A DNA stretch of 64,000 nt from the NCBI GenBank assembly GCA_003598135.1, contig QZKA01000019.1, forward strand, positions 41,690-105,689, written 5' to 3'. Position 1 is the stretch's first letter. The number at the start of each line of letters is the position of its first letter. The notes under the pieces are model-generated. The model made no database searches. It was given only the letters and a program-made list of their open reading frames with translations, and had not been told where the DNA came from. The position numbers and the translations under genes were made by a program. Shown here piece by piece: positions 40,018 to 50,066 of this stretch. The stretch is from Candidatus Omnitrophota bacterium (lineage in GTDB: Bacteria; Omnitrophota; Gorgyraeia; Gygaellales; Profunditerraquicolaceae).

Positions 40018-41088
40018 TTAAGACCCATGCTGTTTTTCCTCGGAGGCCCTTATGAGGTGAGCGGACAATTCGTCAAGGTCCCCCCCGAGAATCGACTCCA
40101 TTTTAAACAGGGTCAGATTGATTCTATGGTCGGTGATACGTCGGTCTGGAAAATTATACGTCCTTATTTTCTCGCTCCTGTCTCCCGTGCCGATTTGTGC
40201 CTTTCTCTCCTGGACTATCTTCTTTTTTTCTTCCTGCTCTTTCATATCCAAGAGTCTTGCGCGTAAAATCCTCATGGCTTTATTTTTATTTTTGAGTTGG
40301 GAACGCTCATCCTGGCATGCAACCACCAGCCCCGAAGGAAGATGGGTAATACGCACCGCAGAATCGCTTTTTTGCATATGCTGGCCGCCTGGCCCTGAGG
40401 AACGGTACGTATCGATTCGCAGATCTTTTGCGTCGATTGCAAACTCAACTTCCTCGGGCTCGACAAGGACTGCCACGGTAGCGGTAGAGGTATGAATCCT
40501 TCCTTGCGCTTCAGTTGCAGGGACGCGCTGCACGCGATGAACCCCGCTTTCAAACTTAAGACGTTTATAGACATCTTTACCCTTGATGCCAAAGACAATC
40601 TCTTTGAAACCGCCCACATCAGTCGGATGCGATGACATCACTTCCGCGGACCAGCCTTTCCTCTCGGCATATTTACTGTACATTCGGTAGAGATCTGCGG
40701 CAAAGAGCGCCGCTTCTAAACCCCCTGTGCCCTGCCGGATTTCCATAATGATATCTTTGCCTATATCCTTATCATCCTCTGTCAAGGCTTCTTCTATCCG
40801 CGCCCTAAGGTCATCGCTTTTATCCCGAAGACTCTTCAATTCTTTTTCTGCCAGCTCCATAAAATCCTTGTCGTGTTTCTGGCGAAGCATAGTTTCTAAA
40901 TCTTCGCTTTCTTTCTGGTTTTTTTTGAAGGAGCGGAACAGATACACCGCATCTTTTAAATCCGAGAGTTCTTTTGCGTAACGGTTATACTGGTTGGTAT
41001 CCGCCATAACCTCAGGAGAAGCCAACATCGCTTCGAGTTCCTGGTAACGGCCTTCTAATTTCTGGAGACGTTCTTGTAGAGGAAACAT
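40018..41088 (-). CDS. prfA: Peptide chain release factor 1
   Basis: [18 protein letters not shown] (PxT), GPGGQ, RTYNF. Confidence 0.97.
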   Translation of the reverse strand: MFPLQERLQKLEGRYQELEAMLASPEVMADTNQYNRYAKELSDLKDAVYLFRSFKKNQKESEDLETMLRQKHDKDFMELAEKELKSLRDKSDDLRARIEEALTEDDKDIGKDIIMEIRQGTGGLEAALFAADLYRMYSKYAERKGWSAEVMSSHPTDVGGFKEIVFGIKGKDVYKRLKFESGVHRVQRVPATEAQGRIHTSTATVAVLVEPEEVEFAIDAKDLRIDTYRSSGPGGQHMQKSDSAVRITHLPSGLVVACQDERSQLKNKNKAMRILRARLLDMKEQEEKKKIVQERKAQIGTGDRSEKIRTYNFPDRRITDHRINLTLFKMESILGGDLDELSAHLIRASEEKQHGS

Positions 41089-41105
41089 ATGCTATGCGCA
41101 AACGG

Positions 41106-41306
41106 TTATTTCTTCCCGTATTTCTTCATGAATTTATCAACCCTACCCGCAGAATCTACAAACTTCTGTTTCCCCGTAAAAAAGGGATGGCACCTTGAGC
41201 ATATCTCAACGCGGATGTTTGGCTTGGTTGAGCGCGTATGAATAGTCTCTCCGCAGGCGCAGACAATCGTGCTTTCTTTGTAATTAGGATGAATTTTCTC
41301 TTTCAC
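41106..41306 (-). CDS. rpmE: 50S ribosomal protein L31 (Zn-binding form)
   Basis: [26 protein letters not shown]. Confidence 0.97.
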   Translation of the reverse strand: MKEKIHPNYKESTIVCACGETIHTRSTKPNIRVEICSRCHPFFTGKQKFVDSAGRVDKFMKKYGKK

Positions 41307-41332
41307 GTAGGACCTCCTTATTGGTTAAGTAA

Positions 41333-42592
41333 TCAATGGTTCATGCTATTCAGGAACTCTGAATTATTTTTGGTCTTGGATAATTTCTCGATAAGCAGCT
41401 CCATTGCCTCCACATTGTTCAATTCGTTTAATACCTTTCTCAATATCCAGACCCGCTGGAGCTCCTCGGGTTTTAACAAAAGCTCCTCGTGTCTGGTGTT
41501 TGAGCGCTTGATGTCCATGGCAGGGTAAATTCTGCGCTGGAACAGATTTCTATCCAACTGCAGTTCCATATTGCCGGTGCCCTTGAATTCCTCGAAGATT
41601 ACTTCGTCCATCCTGCTCCCCGTATCCACAAGGGCTGTCGCGATGATAGTAAGGCTTCCTCCTTCTTCAATTGCCCTGGCTGCGCCAAAAAAACGTTTTG
41701 GTTTCTGGAGGGCGTTTGAATCAATACCGCCCGATAATACCTTTCCGCTGTGCGGAATAACCGAGTTATACGCACGTGCCAGGCGCGTGATACTGTCTAA
41801 AAGTACCACTACATCCCGCTTGTGTTCCACCAGCCGCTTTGCCTTCTCAAGTACAATCTCTGCAACCTGAATATGGCGCTCAGGGGGCTCATCAAATGTG
41901 GAAGAAATCACCTCGCCCTTCACATGCCTCTGCATATCGGTCACTTCTTCGGGACGCTCGTCAATTAAAAGCACAATCAGTATCACGTCCGGGTTATTCA
42001 CCATTATTGCGTTGGCAATTTTTTGCAAAAGCACTGTCTTGCCGCTGTAAGGCTGGGCAACTATAAGGCCGCGCTGCCCTTTACCTAAGGGCGTTAATAG
42101 GCTCATAATACGCATTGAGATCTCTTCTCTGGATGTTTCAAGATTGAACCTCTCGTGAGGATAAATCGGCGTAAGGTTATCAAAGAGCACCTTATCCTTA
42201 ACTTCCTCGGGATTCTCGAAATTCACCGCTTCTACTTTCAAAAGGGCAAAATACTTTTCTCCTTCTTTTGGCGGGCGTATCTGGCCGCTGACCGTATCGC
42301 CGGTCCTTAGATCAAACTTCCTGATCTGAGAAGGCGAAACATAGATATCATCGGGACACGGTAAATAATTATAATTCGGCGAGCGTAAAAAGCCGAATCC
42401 TTCCGGCAAAATTTCTAAAATCCCCTCGCCAAACATCAACCCCTCTTTCTCCGCCTGCGCCTGCAGAACCTTAAAGATAAGATCCTGTTTCTTAAGGCCG
42501 CTGGTACCGTTGACGTTTAATTCCTTAGCGAGTTTACTCAACTCGATAATCTTCATGTCTTTTAGATTCCCGATATCTAACTTTTCCACCAT
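41333..42592 (-). CDS. rho: Transcription termination factor Rho
   Basis: [50 protein letters not shown]. Confidence 0.98.
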   Translation of the reverse strand: MVEKLDIGNLKDMKIIELSKLAKELNVNGTSGLKKQDLIFKVLQAQAEKEGLMFGEGILEILPEGFGFLRSPNYNYLPCPDDIYVSPSQIRKFDLRTGDTVSGQIRPPKEGEKYFALLKVEAVNFENPEEVKDKVLFDNLTPIYPHERFNLETSREEISMRIMSLLTPLGKGQRGLIVAQPYSGKTVLLQKIANAIMVNNPDVILIVLLIDERPEEVTDMQRHVKGEVISSTFDEPPERHIQVAEIVLEKAKRLVEHKRDVVVLLDSITRLARAYNSVIPHSGKVLSGGIDSNALQKPKRFFGAARAIEEGGSLTIIATALVDTGSRMDEVIFEEFKGTGNMELQLDRNLFQRRIYPAMDIKRSNTRHEELLLKPEELQRVWILRKVLNELNNVEAMELLIEKLSKTKNNSEFLNSMNH

Positions 42593-43182
42593 AACCTCCT
42601 TATTAGTTCCGCCTGTTTTTTTGTGTTTTTAAGTGTCCCGTTGTTATCTATAATAAAGTCTGCCATCTTCCTTTTTTTGTGCAAAGGGATCTGGCTACGA
42701 ATCCTGCGTAGGATTGCTTCTTCAGCCAAAGCAGATCTCTTCTGGATACGCCGTATCTGAATATCCCTTCGCGCAGTAACCACAATAAGCTTATCTACTA
42801 TTGGCCGAAGGCCAGCCTCAAGCAATAAAGGCGCATCTAGGATGATCGTCTTACGCGGCGATTCTTTGATTTCTTTTTTGATGCGTCTTATTATCAAAGG
42901 GTGCGTTATACGATTAAGCTCATTCCGCAGTCTATGTTTTTTAAACACCAGGGAGGCCAATTTGTTACGGTCGATATCCTTATCGGGCAAAAGGATACTG
43001 TCGCCAAACACAGACACCACGCGTCTGTATGCGGCGCTCCCTGGAACAAGAAACTCTCTGCCTATTTTGTCCGCATCAATGACCGCGGCACCCCATGATT
43101 TGAAAAAACCAGCTACGGTAGTCTTGCCGCTGCCGAAGCTTCCGGTAATGCCGATTACGATTCTTGTAGGTTCCCTCTTCAT
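42577..43182 (-). CDS. coaE: Dephospho-CoA kinase
   Basis: [25 protein letters not shown]. Confidence 0.95.
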   Translation of the reverse strand: MKREPTRIVIGITGSFGSGKTTVAGFFKSWGAAVIDADKIGREFLVPGSAAYRRVVSVFGDSILLPDKDIDRNKLASLVFKKHRLRNELNRITHPLIIRRIKKEIKESPRKTIILDAPLLLEAGLRPIVDKLIVVTARRDIQIRRIQKRSALAEEAILRRIRSQIPLHKKRKMADFIIDNNGTLKNTKKQAELIRRLWWKS

Positions 43183-43191
43183 CAATAATCG

Positions 43192-44586
43192 TTAATCCGA
43201 AATTGTCCCGTTCTTGTACAAATCGACATAGCGCCTTGCCGACTCCCCCCACGAGAAATCACTCTTCATTGCCCGCGCGCGCAGCCTGTTCCATTGGGCG
43301 TTATTCTGGAAAGAGACAATTGACTTTTTAATTATTTTGATAAGGGCGTCCTTGCTGTATTTCTCAAATACGAAACCATTTTCTTTTGTTACGGTATCTG
43401 CCAGCCCGCCCGTTTTAAATGCCAGCGGTATAGTGCCATACCTGAGGCTGATCAGCTGCCCGAGCCCACACGGTTCGTACTTAGAAGGCATAAGGAATAT
43501 ATCTGAGCCGGCGTATATCTTATGCGCTAAGCAATCATCAAATTTAAGGTATAGCGATATTTTTTTGGGATATTTTTTTACAACTGCCTCAAGTATCTCA
43601 TGGTATTTTAAGTCTCCTGTGCCAAGGATGACGCACTGAAGTTCTAATTGCATGAGTGCCTCCATTGCGTCGGCGAGTATATCAAACCCCTTTTGCTGTG
43701 CCAGTCTTGAAACGATGCCGAAAAGCGGCACGTCTTTTTTGACGGGCAGCCCACAGAGCCTCTGCAGCGCTGCTTTGTTTTTTCCTTTATCCTCTATTGA
43801 GCCCAAGGAATAATCCTTTTCAAGAAACGTATCCGTTTCGGGATTCCATATCGAATAGTCAAGGCCGTTGAGTATACCAAATAGCGATTGCCTTCGCTTG
43901 CTCAATATGCCTTCCAATCCGAACCCGAATTCCTTGGTTTGTATTTCACGGCTATAAGTCGGGCTTACGGTAGTAATAATATCGGAAAACACCAGGCCAC
44001 CCTTCAATATGTTTATCTTGTCATAAAATTCAAGCGTATCCATAGTAAAGTATTTCCAGTCCAGCCCCAGCTTGGGGTATTCTTCTTTAGGGAATAAGCC
44101 CTGGTAACCTATATTATGGATAGTAAAAACTGTCTTCGTATTCTTAAAAAACTCATCCTTCAAATAAACGGTCTTTAAGAACACCGGGATCAGCGCCGAT
44201 TGCCAGTCGTGGCAATGGACGATATCAGGCTTGAACCCTATTTCCTTGGCTAACTCAAGCGTTTTCCTGCAATAGTAAGAGAACCTATCTAAGTTATCTG
44301 GATAGTCGCCCTTTTTGTCTCCGTAAAGAGTATCCCGGTTGTAATACGCGTCGTTTTCAATAAAATACACCTTAACGGCCTTGCCTATGGTGCAACGCAA
44401 GATGCCCTCTTTGTACTTCTGAATCTTCGGCTGCGTAAGGCTCTTCAATGATTTGTAGGCCGGCATTACCAATACCACTTCCTGGGCCTCTTTTTCCAAT
44501 GCCAGCGGTAATGCCCCCGCAACATCCGCAAGCCCCCCGGTTTTTGCAAACGGAACTACTTCACTTGCGCAAAACAAAATCTTCAT
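43192..44586 (-). CDS. glgA: Glycogen synthase
   Basis: SEVVPFAKTGGLADV (KTGG), HCHDWQ, TIHN, SRLAQQKG, EPCGLGQ. Confidence 0.95.
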   Translation of the reverse strand: MKILFCASEVVPFAKTGGLADVAGALPLALEKEAQEVVLVMPAYKSLKSLTQPKIQKYKEGILRCTIGKAVKVYFIENDAYYNRDTLYGDKKGDYPDNLDRFSYYCRKTLELAKEIGFKPDIVHCHDWQSALIPVFLKTVYLKDEFFKNTKTVFTIHNIGYQGLFPKEEYPKLGLDWKYFTMDTLEFYDKINILKGGLVFSDIITTVSPTYSREIQTKEFGFGLEGILSKRRQSLFGILNGLDYSIWNPETDTFLEKDYSLGSIEDKGKNKAALQRLCGLPVKKDVPLFGIVSRLAQQKGFDILADAMEALMQLELQCVILGTGDLKYHEILEAVVKKYPKKISLYLKFDDCLAHKIYAGSDIFLMPSKYEPCGLGQLISLRYGTIPLAFKTGGLADTVTKENGFVFEKYSKDALIKIIKKSIVSFQNNAQWNRLRARAMKSDFSWGESARRYVDLYKNGTISD

Positions 44587-47125
44587 CCCCTACCTCCTTC
44601 ATTTCCAGCCAGTTTTTACCAACCTTCAGATCAACCTTGACCGGCACTTTCAGATTCAAGACATTCTCCATTCTTTCCTTAATAAAAAGCAGCGCTTCAG
44701 CCAATTCTTCTTGAGGTATCTCAAATAACAATTCATCGTGAATCTGCAAGATCATCTTGGTGCGAAGGTTTTTCTCAATAATCTGCCGGTGGATATGCAC
44801 CATTGCCAGTTTAATCATATCGCTTGCCGAACCCTGGATGGGTGCATTAATTGCCTGCCTTTGCGCAAACTGGCGTATCCCTATTTGTTTATTGCGGATC
44901 TGCGGCAGATACCTGCGCCTTCCCAAGAGAGTGCTGACATAGCCATCCTGCTGTGCCTTCTCTATCTGTTGTTTCATGTATTCTTCGACACGCGGATACC
45001 TTAAAAAATAGGATTCGATAAAACGCTGTGCCTCATCGTTGGATATGGCGAGGTCTCGCGACAGGCCGTAGGAGGTAAGACCGTAAATAATACCAAAATT
45101 TACCCTCTTGGCAGTATCGCGCATCTTCTCGCTTACTTCAGGCGCCTTGACTCCGTATAGTAATGCAGCGGTTGTTTTATGGATATCTTCATCGTTCTCA
45201 AACGCCGCAATTAAATCGGGGTCTTGAGAAAGATGGGCCAGTATCCTTAATTCTATCTGCGAATAGTCGCAGGAAAGAAGTACATTATTGCCCGAAGATA
45301 CCACAAGCGCCCTGCGTATCTGTCTACCCAAGTCTGTTTTAACCGGGATATTCTGCAGGTTAGGATTGCTTGAACTAAGCCTGCCTGTTTCGGTTCCCGT
45401 CTGGTTAAAGCTCGTGTGGATTTTTTTTGTGTTGGGATCTACCAAGGCCGGCAACGTATCTAAGTACGATGATTTCAGCTTCATCAACTGCCGGTACTCT
45501 AACAATAATCCGGGAAGTTCGTGCCTAGAGGAAAGCCTCGTCAAGACTTCTTCGTCAGTTGAGGGGCCGGTCTTGCTTCTCTTGACTACAGGAAGTTGCA
45601 GTCTTTGAAAAAGCACCTCTCTCAATTGCTTCGGCGAATTGAGATTAAATTCTACCCCACTAAGCTCATAAATTTTTTTGACCAGCAACGCCAGCTTAGC
45701 CTCAAGCTTGGAAGAAATCTGGCGCAGGACTTCCAGGTCAAGGGTAATGCCCGTCAGCTCCATATCGGCCAAGACTGCGATAAGGGGCATTTCAATTTCA
45801 TAAAAAAGGGCGTCCAGCGACTGTCCACTAAGCTTCTTTTCAAGGACAGGCCGGAGCTCTGTAACCAGGCTGACTGATTCGGCAGCATTGAGCGTCCCCG
45901 CAGGAACATACTTGTCAAGGAAGGTATACGCCAAATCGTTCAGTGTGTACGACAACCTTGACGGGTCTATCAAATAAGCGGCAATCATTACATCAAAGCC
46001 GAGGCCTGCAATGTCGAGGCCTTTCTTTGAAAAAAAGACTTTCAGCCTTTTTAGGTCATGGCCAACCTTTTTAATCTTTTCATCCGATAAAAGTTTTTCA
46101 AAACGGCCGGTTAAATTCTCTACTGCAAACACATCCCCTGATGCGCCTAACGCAACTGCCCCTGTTGCGTCAAGGCAGAGAATAATTTCTTTTGACTCTC
46201 TTGCGATAGCATCCAACTGTGCTTCTTTTACAAAAGCCCTCGCCTCTCCCAGCGGCTTTTTTTCTCCCAGGGACATCTCAGCCAGCAGTGCCTTGAATTC
46301 AAGAAGATTAAAAAGTTCAAATAATTTGTGCGTATCCGGCTGCCGGACAGCCAGCGTGTTAATATCGAATTCCATATCGATATCCCTCTTTAACAGAGCC
46401 AACTCATAATTGAGCTCTATCTGCTTACGGTGGGATTCAATTGATTGCCTCAGCTTACCTTCTGCCAATGTATCAAGCGTGCGTAATAACTCTCCCGCGG
46501 ACCCAAACCGGGCAATCAATTCTACGGCTGTTTTTTCTCCGATGCCCGGGACTCCGGGTATATTATCAGCAGCATCTCCCATGAGCGCTATCACATCCGG
46601 GATTGCAGCAGGGGCCACCTTAAAATGCTCTTTTACCGTTTTCTCGTCGTAGAGTATACCGTTCTCTTTATAGGGGTTAAATACCATTGTCGTTGCGTTC
46701 ACAAGCTGCAGCATGTCTTTATCAGAGCTTACGACAGTAACGGCGATCTTGGCTTCTTGGGCCTTGCGCGCAAGGCTTGCGATTATATCATCCGCCTCAT
46801 AATTCTCCAACTCAAATAAGGCGATACGGTAAGCCTTGATGATATCCCGGATTAACGACATCTGGCCCGATAACGCCTCGGGCATAGGAGGCCGCTGTAT
46901 TTTATACTCGGCAAACTTCTTCTGCCTGAACGTATCGCGCGAAACATCAAAACACATCGCCATAAAATCTGGTTTTTGCTCCTTAACTATCTTCTGCAGC
47001 ATCTTAATAAATCCGTATACAGCATTGGTAGGCTGGCCATACGAAGTAGACAGGTTCCTGATGGCATAGAAAGCACGGTAACAGAACGCCGTGGCATCAA
47101 TAAGGTATAAGCGATGACTACTCAT
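44561..47125 (-). CDS. polA: DNA polymerase I
   Basis: 5'-3' exonuclease (YRAFYA, EADD, DKD, GDAADNIPGV); polymerase TGRLSSSNPNLQN, DYSQIELR, KRVNFGIIYG, QIHDEL. Confidence 0.98.
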   Translation of the reverse strand: MSSHRLYLIDATAFCYRAFYAIRNLSTSYGQPTNAVYGFIKMLQKIVKEQKPDFMAMCFDVSRDTFRQKKFAEYKIQRPPMPEALSGQMSLIRDIIKAYRIALFELENYEADDIIASLARKAQEAKIAVTVVSSDKDMLQLVNATTMVFNPYKENGILYDEKTVKEHFKVAPAAIPDVIALMGDAADNIPGVPGIGEKTAVELIARFGSAGELLRTLDTLAEGKLRQSIESHRKQIELNYELALLKRDIDMEFDINTLAVRQPDTHKLFELFNLLEFKALLAEMSLGEKKPLGEARAFVKEAQLDAIARESKEIILCLDATGAVALGASGDVFAVENLTGRFEKLLSDEKIKKVGHDLKRLKVFFSKKGLDIAGLGFDVMIAAYLIDPSRLSYTLNDLAYTFLDKYVPAGTLNAAESVSLVTELRPVLEKKLSGQSLDALFYEIEMPLIAVLADMELTGITLDLEVLRQISSKLEAKLALLVKKIYELSGVEFNLNSPKQLREVLFQRLQLPVVKRSKTGPSTDEEVLTRLSSRHELPGLLLEYRQLMKLKSSYLDTLPALVDPNTKKIHTSFNQTGTETGRLSSSNPNLQNIPVKTDLGRQIRRALVVSSGNNVLLSCDYSQIELRILAHLSQDPDLIAAFENDEDIHKTTAALLYGVKAPEVSEKMRDTAKRVNFGIIYGLTSYGLSRDLAISNDEAQRFIESYFLRYPRVEEYMKQQIEKAQQDGYVSTLLGRRRYLPQIRNKQIGIRQFAQRQAINAPIQGSASDMIKLAMVHIHRQIIEKNLRTKMILQIHDELLFEIPQEELAEALLFIKERMENVLNLKVPVKVDLKVGKNWLEMKEVGDEDFVLRK

Positions 47126-47173
47126 CAACTAACAATGGAATTCACGTTATGGTAGGAATTGCAATCTGTGGTT

Positions 47174-47968
47174 TTATCTTGAAAACAATCGTATTTGAGT
47201 TTTGTCTATAAATTCGTCGATATCCTGGTCAGAGGGATCAAGCTGCTGGGCATTCACTGCCTCTTTGAGAGCCGTGACGTAATCTCCTTTGATATAATAT
47301 ATCTTTGCTTTATCCATATACGCCTGCGCTAAGGCGCTGTTTTGCGTACGGGCCTTCTGTTTTTGCCTGGCTACCTCTCTCATGAAATCGATGAGCTGGT
47401 ATTCGTTGTAACCGCCCTGCGTCAATCCTATTTGTTCAAGACGTTCTTTAGCCTTAATGGTCCAGGCATCACGCTCAAGTCCTAACTCTTTGCCGACGGT
47501 ATACCTCTTATGCCAATAGTACGCAGCCTTTTCAAAATCTCCTTTATTTTCGGCAAGGGAAGCAAGATTAGAATAGGCGCTTAGATAATAAGGGTCTATA
47601 TGGATAGTCTTCAGGTACAATTCCTCGGCTTTTTCAGGTTGGCCTTTTGTTTCAAAGGAAACGCCTAAATCATTGTATACCACCGCATATGCCGGGTCTA
47701 ATTGGACTGCTTTCTGGTAAAAAGCCAAAGCCCTTTCAAGGTCGCCCGAGGACTGATACTGAAAACCTTGATTCCGATAGAGGCGGGCCTGTTTCTGAAG
47801 CTCGGTCAAATCTACGCTTTCTTCGCCGAATACGCCGGCGTTGCTCTCCCGCACTTGAGCCGTCATCGTGTTTAACTCTGCAGCAGAAAAGCCCGACCGG
47901 CTCACACATATACCTACTATCGCAAAGGAAATAATGATAAGGGTTTTTTTATTAACTAGGGAAGGCAT
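47174..47968 (-). CDS. Secreted/membrane-anchored TPR protein
   Basis: N-terminal hydrophobic segment; TPR repeats (YQKAVQLDPAY, YNDLGV, AYSNLA). Confidence 0.8.
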   Translation of the reverse strand: MPSLVNKKTLIIISFAIVGICVSRSGFSAAELNTMTAQVRESNAGVFGEESVDLTELQKQARLYRNQGFQYQSSGDLERALAFYQKAVQLDPAYAVVYNDLGVSFETKGQPEKAEELYLKTIHIDPYYLSAYSNLASLAENKGDFEKAAYYWHKRYTVGKELGLERDAWTIKAKERLEQIGLTQGGYNEYQLIDFMREVARQKQKARTQNSALAQAYMDKAKIYYIKGDYVTALKEAVNAQQLDPSDQDIDEFIDKTQIRLFSR

Positions 47969-47976
47969 ATATTTTA

Positions 47977-48005
47977 ATAATATGAAAAAAACATATAAAA
48001 GTCAA
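47977..48005 (-). promoter_or_regulatory. Putative sigma70 promoter, near-leaderless, for the TPR-polA operon
   Basis: TTGACT-17-TATTAT, 8 nt above the ATG. Confidence 0.5.
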
Positions 48006-48172
48006 GGAAAAATTCAATATTCACCTCTGCGACAAGGAGTTGTAAAAAAGCAGGCAAAGATTAGCTAACAGTTATAGTGTGAGGATACCAACTACTTTAC
48101 CTAATAGACCAAACCAATAACCTACCCTGGCTATAACCGCACTCATTATGTATCACCAGTGCAAGCCGCTGT

Positions 48173-49090
48173 TTAAGAGCTGATCGCCAGGTGAATCGAA
48201 TCCGCAAGCGCGTAACCTTCCCGGACAACTTCATCCCATATTTTCATGCGTACTTGTGCCTGTTGCCCGGTACATACTGAACCGCTCGCATACACAGAAT
48301 CCAGATTTGTCCGCAAGGCTTCGTCCACACAAAGCAGGCCTTCGTACATTTCTATGTTGCTGTTTTTAAGGAAGGAGATATTTCCTTGAGTGCGGTCCGC
48401 AAAAATCACAACACACGCACCGATGATCTTGCCCGTCTTTATGCGTATTGCCTGCACTTCGCCGTCCCCGATGATTTCTGTTATCTGGCTGTCGACAACC
48501 TCTATTGTCCCTGCTGGCTGTTCGCTGAAAGCCTCAGTAAAATATGCGCTTTTTAGCGCAGGATCAATGCCTAAAGGAGCGATTAATTTCACCTCTTTTT
48601 GTTTCGATGCGATACTATCGGCAAAAGCAATGGCCAGCGGATTGGAACCTACTATGCAGATAGGGGCATTAATAAGATAATTTAAAAATTCCTTGGCGTC
48701 ATTGAGCGAATGCAGACGGAAAACCCCCCGCTTTTTGACCCCCGGGATATCCGCAAGCACAAAGCTTCTGCCGGAACATACGGCAAGCAAATCATAATCA
48801 AAGGATGCATCCTCTTCGATAAAAATACGCTTTTTCCCCGGATTAACCGCTGTCACCTCTTTTTCTTTCAAAAAAACTATTCCCTGCTGGCTGTAAAATT
48901 CCTCGCTTGTTCCCAAAAGCTGGCTTTCCTTGATGCGCCCAGCAAGAAAATCAACAAGCCTCCTCTTTTCATAAAAAGGATGGCTCTCTTGTGTAATCAA
49001 TGTGATCTCGCAGTTTTTGTTTTTCTCTCTCAGGGCCACTGCAGTAGTATGCCCTGCCACAGAAGCGCCAATGATAACTACCTTTGTCAT
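48173..49090 (-). CDS. FAD-dependent pyridine nucleotide-disulfide oxidoreductase family protein, short and degenerate
   Basis: IIGASVAG FAD loop, YDLLAVCSG, IPG; second Rossmann motif reads IVGSNPLA; GD motif reads VYASGSV; 305 aa. Confidence 0.75.
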   Translation of the reverse strand: MTKVVIIGASVAGHTTAVALREKNKNCEITLITQESHPFYEKRRLVDFLAGRIKESQLLGTSEEFYSQQGIVFLKEKEVTAVNPGKKRIFIEEDASFDYDLLAVCSGRSFVLADIPGVKKRGVFRLHSLNDAKEFLNYLINAPICIVGSNPLAIAFADSIASKQKEVKLIAPLGIDPALKSAYFTEAFSEQPAGTIEVVDSQITEIIGDGEVQAIRIKTGKIIGACVVIFADRTQGNISFLKNSNIEMYEGLLCVDEALRTNLDSVYASGSVCTGQQAQVRMKIWDEVVREGYALADSIHLAISS

Positions 49091-49965
49091 TTTCTATTGA
49101 TTTGCGCAGAGGCGAGAATATCGGGAATAAACCTTTCCCATCCTAACGCCATGAGGTGTATGCCTTGACACATCCCTTTGAGCCCTTTAATCAAGCTTGA
49201 GGTTATTTCAATCGATTTCTCCGCTTTGTTCTGGGCCTCTTGCATCTGACGTATCAATACATCGGGAACCGAGACACCGGCAAGGTTCTTATTGATGTAA
49301 CGGGCCATAGTATCGGATTTTAAAGGGATGATACCCGCAAGAACCGGGACTTTTAAATGACTGGTTTTGTGTATAAAGTGCTCAAATATCTTGATATCAT
49401 AGATGCCCTGGGTTTGGAAAAACTCTGCCCCAGCTTCAATCTTTTTTTCCATCTTAAGAATCTGCGGCTCAAGCGGCCTTGCGCCGGGATTCACCACTGC
49501 GCCTTTGTAGAAATGCGGCGGCTCTCCTTCTAATTTATTCCCCCGCATATCAAAACCCTCTTCCAATTTCTTAACCACCTCAAGCAATTGAACGGAATCA
49601 AGGTCAAATACAGGCTTGGCATCTGGGTGATCGCCAAGCACGGGATGGTCGCCGGTAAGTATCAGAATATTTGGGATATTATGCGCTGCCGCAGAAAGGA
49701 TATCCGACTGCAGGGCAAGCCGGTTTCTATCCCGACAGGCAACTTGCATAATCGGCTCAATCCCCCTCTGCCGCAGAAAGATACACATTGCAAGTGAGCC
49801 TAAACGCATCACTGCGCTCTGAAGGTCAGTAACGTTGACCGCATCAATATAGGGCATGAGCTCTTCGGCGGTCTTAAGAACCTGTGCCACCTCTTTGCCT
49901 TTAGGAGGACCTATCTCTGCGGTAATAACGAATTCGCCCTGGACAATTCTTTCTTTTAAGCTCAT
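49087..49965 (-). CDS. metF: Methylenetetrahydrofolate reductase (anaerobe/acetogen-type MetF)
   Basis: TAEIGPPKG, NVTD, CRDRNRLALQSD, TGDH, FDLDS, KKIEAGAEFFQTQ, GIHLM. Confidence 0.92.
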   Translation of the reverse strand: MSLKERIVQGEFVITAEIGPPKGKEVAQVLKTAEELMPYIDAVNVTDLQSAVMRLGSLAMCIFLRQRGIEPIMQVACRDRNRLALQSDILSAAAHNIPNILILTGDHPVLGDHPDAKPVFDLDSVQLLEVVKKLEEGFDMRGNKLEGEPPHFYKGAVVNPGARPLEPQILKMEKKIEAGAEFFQTQGIYDIKIFEHFIHKTSHLKVPVLAGIIPLKSDTMARYINKNLAGVSVPDVLIRQMQEAQNKAEKSIEITSSLIKGLKGMCQGIHLMALGWERFIPDILASAQINRK

Positions 49966-50066
49966 CTTACAGTATCCCCTTACGGATATAGCATGTTCTT
50001 TAACGGTTTTATTTTTTTATTGTATCACAGTTTTATTGGCCGGAATATAACTTTTTGCGTTGGTCT

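Noticed and set aside
48071-48137. Inverted repeat GTTATAG...CTATAAC with weak AACC-rich periodicity
   Set aside because: Only 7-bp arms in AT-rich DNA and no recognisable RNA family or ORF.
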